From: Prochlorococcus sp. AG-347-I04
Lineage (GTDB): Bacteria; Cyanobacteriota; Cyanobacteriia; PCC-6307; Cyanobiaceae
Reading direction: 5' to 3'
DNA length: 64,000 bases
Assembly (NCBI GenBank): GCA_003281625.1
Contig: QCBL01000002.1
Coordinates: 64,545 to 128,544, forward strand
The notes beneath the pieces are model-generated. The model had not been told where the DNA came from. It saw only the letters and a program-made list of their open reading frames with translations, and ran no database searches. Positions within the stretch are counted from its first letter, which is position 1; every line of letters begins with the position of its first letter. Below are positions 62,969 to 64,000 of this stretch, in pieces. The translations under genes and the position numbers were made by a program.

Positions 62969-63432
62969 CTTAAACCTAGATCTGCAATTATATGATCAGC
63001 CATTATTGCTGCTTTTACCTTTAAGTAAATTTTTTCAATTTTACCATCAGTATTGATCAAAAAAGTATTTCTCATCATTCCCATATATTCTTTCCCCATG
63101 AATTTCTTAAGTCCATAGCTATCGTAATCAGAAGAAACTTTAAAAGGTTCTGGATCAGTTAAAAGAATAAAAGGTAAATTAAATTTTTCTATAAACTTCT
63201 GATGAGAGGAGGCATTATCTTTACTAATACCAAGCACAACAATATTATTTTTTTGGAATAAATCCCAATTCTCTTTAAAATTACAGGCTTCTTTAGTACA
63301 CCCTGGAGTATTATCTTTTGGATAAAAATATAGTATTATTTTTTTACCTCTAAAATCACTAAGAGAAACTTCTTTCTCAAAAGAATCTTTTAATTTAAAT
63401 TCTGGTGCTTGGTCGCCAACCTTGAGAGCCAT
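62965..63432 (-). CDS. bcp: Bcp-type peroxiredoxin
   Basis: YFYPKDNTPGCTKEAC; start placed at ATG 63432 (MALKVGDQAP). Confidence 0.94.
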   Translation of the reverse strand: MALKVGDQAPEFKLKDSFEKEVSLSDFRGKKIILYFYPKDNTPGCTKEACNFKENWDLFQKNNIVVLGISKDNASSHQKFIEKFNLPFILLTDPEPFKVSSDYDSYGLKKFMGKEYMGMMRNTFLINTDGKIEKIYLKVKAAIMADHIIADLGLS

Positions 63433-64000
63433 TGAAATTATTAAATGAGTATAAATATAAAATACCAAAAATTTGGTTTTTTGAGATTAAAGGTGTGCAA
63501 GATGTCGCAACGTTGGAAGAAATTAAAACTGCAAAAGAACTAACAAGTGCAAGATCAAAGATTTTTTTAGAAACAAGAGCTTATTTACGACAATCACTTT
63601 CAACACTTTTTGATTTAGACCCTCTAGAAATTCCGATTCATGCTCTTCCTGGAGAACCTCCAAGTTTACCCTCTGGCATGGGAAATATAAGTTTAAGTCA
63701 TTGTAAAGATGCCATTATTATAGTCTGGCATAAAAGAAAAATAGGGATTGATATTGAAAGAACCGATAGGGATTTTAACTATATAAAATTTGCAGAAAAA
63801 TATTTTTTTCATACCAATAAATCAATCCATAATAATTATTTGACAAAAAATATGATATTAAATCAATGGTGTGCTACTGAAGCGGCTATAAAATGGGATC
63901 ATGGTAAATTAGCTAAAGATATTAACCATTGGCAATTTTTTGAAAAGCCAAAAAAATTAACTCATAAGAAGAAAAACATACATTTAAATTATTCACAGAT
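63432..64000 (+). CDS. 4'-phosphopantetheinyl transferase (Sfp-type), 3' end runs off the window
   Basis: Not in ORF track. Open frame from TTG 63432 (MKLLNEYKYKIPKIW...) with ISLSHC, IGIDIE and WCATEAAIK motifs; start codon uncertain. Confidence 0.88.
   Translation, partial: MKLLNEYKYKIPKIWFFEIKGVQDVATLEEIKTAKELTSARSKIFLETRAYLRQSLSTLFDLDPLEIPIHALPGEPPSLPSGMGNISLSHCKDAIIIVWHKRKIGIDIERTDRDFNYIKFAEKYFFHTNKSIHNNYLTKNMILNQWCATEAAIKWDHGKLAKDINHWQFFEKPKKLTHKKKNIHLNYSQ

Overview
AT-rich, densely packed core-genome segment of a marine picocyanobacterium. Gene content, order and composition point to a high-light Prochlorococcus marinus strain (inference). The window runs from a truncated scpA through ndhD/ndhF, the LysR regulator rbcR, ndhM, pds-crtB, the rpaB-plsX-fabH-fabD-plsC lipid operon, radA, ycf3, a Cu P1B-ATPase, tmk, holB, rpaA, tRNA-Asn(GTT), cysK, ndhO, zds, hemD, rbfA, aroK, rimO, nadB, tolC, an HtrA protease, an ABC-F ATPase, the Trk/Ktr K+ system and cysH-coaX-bcp, to a truncated phosphopantetheinyl transferase. 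No CRISPR array, rRNA, integrase or transposase was seen. Six real or probable genes are missing from the ORF track and were read by hand: scpA, petL, an hli gene, a 47-aa twin-CX3C protein, a 58-aa single-TM protein and the PPTase. The two best candidates for an undescribed system are (i) a co-oriented pterin-flavoured cluster at 37553-40765 (tandem PTPS-II, RibD-C reductase, FemAB/GNAT-like protein, stand-alone DUF4346) and (ii) a small-protein neighbourhood at 53124-56256 with a ribbon-helix-helix regulator, a palindromic shared promoter region and a Nif11-like protein ending in Gly-Gly. All family assignments come from motif recognition; no database search was run.
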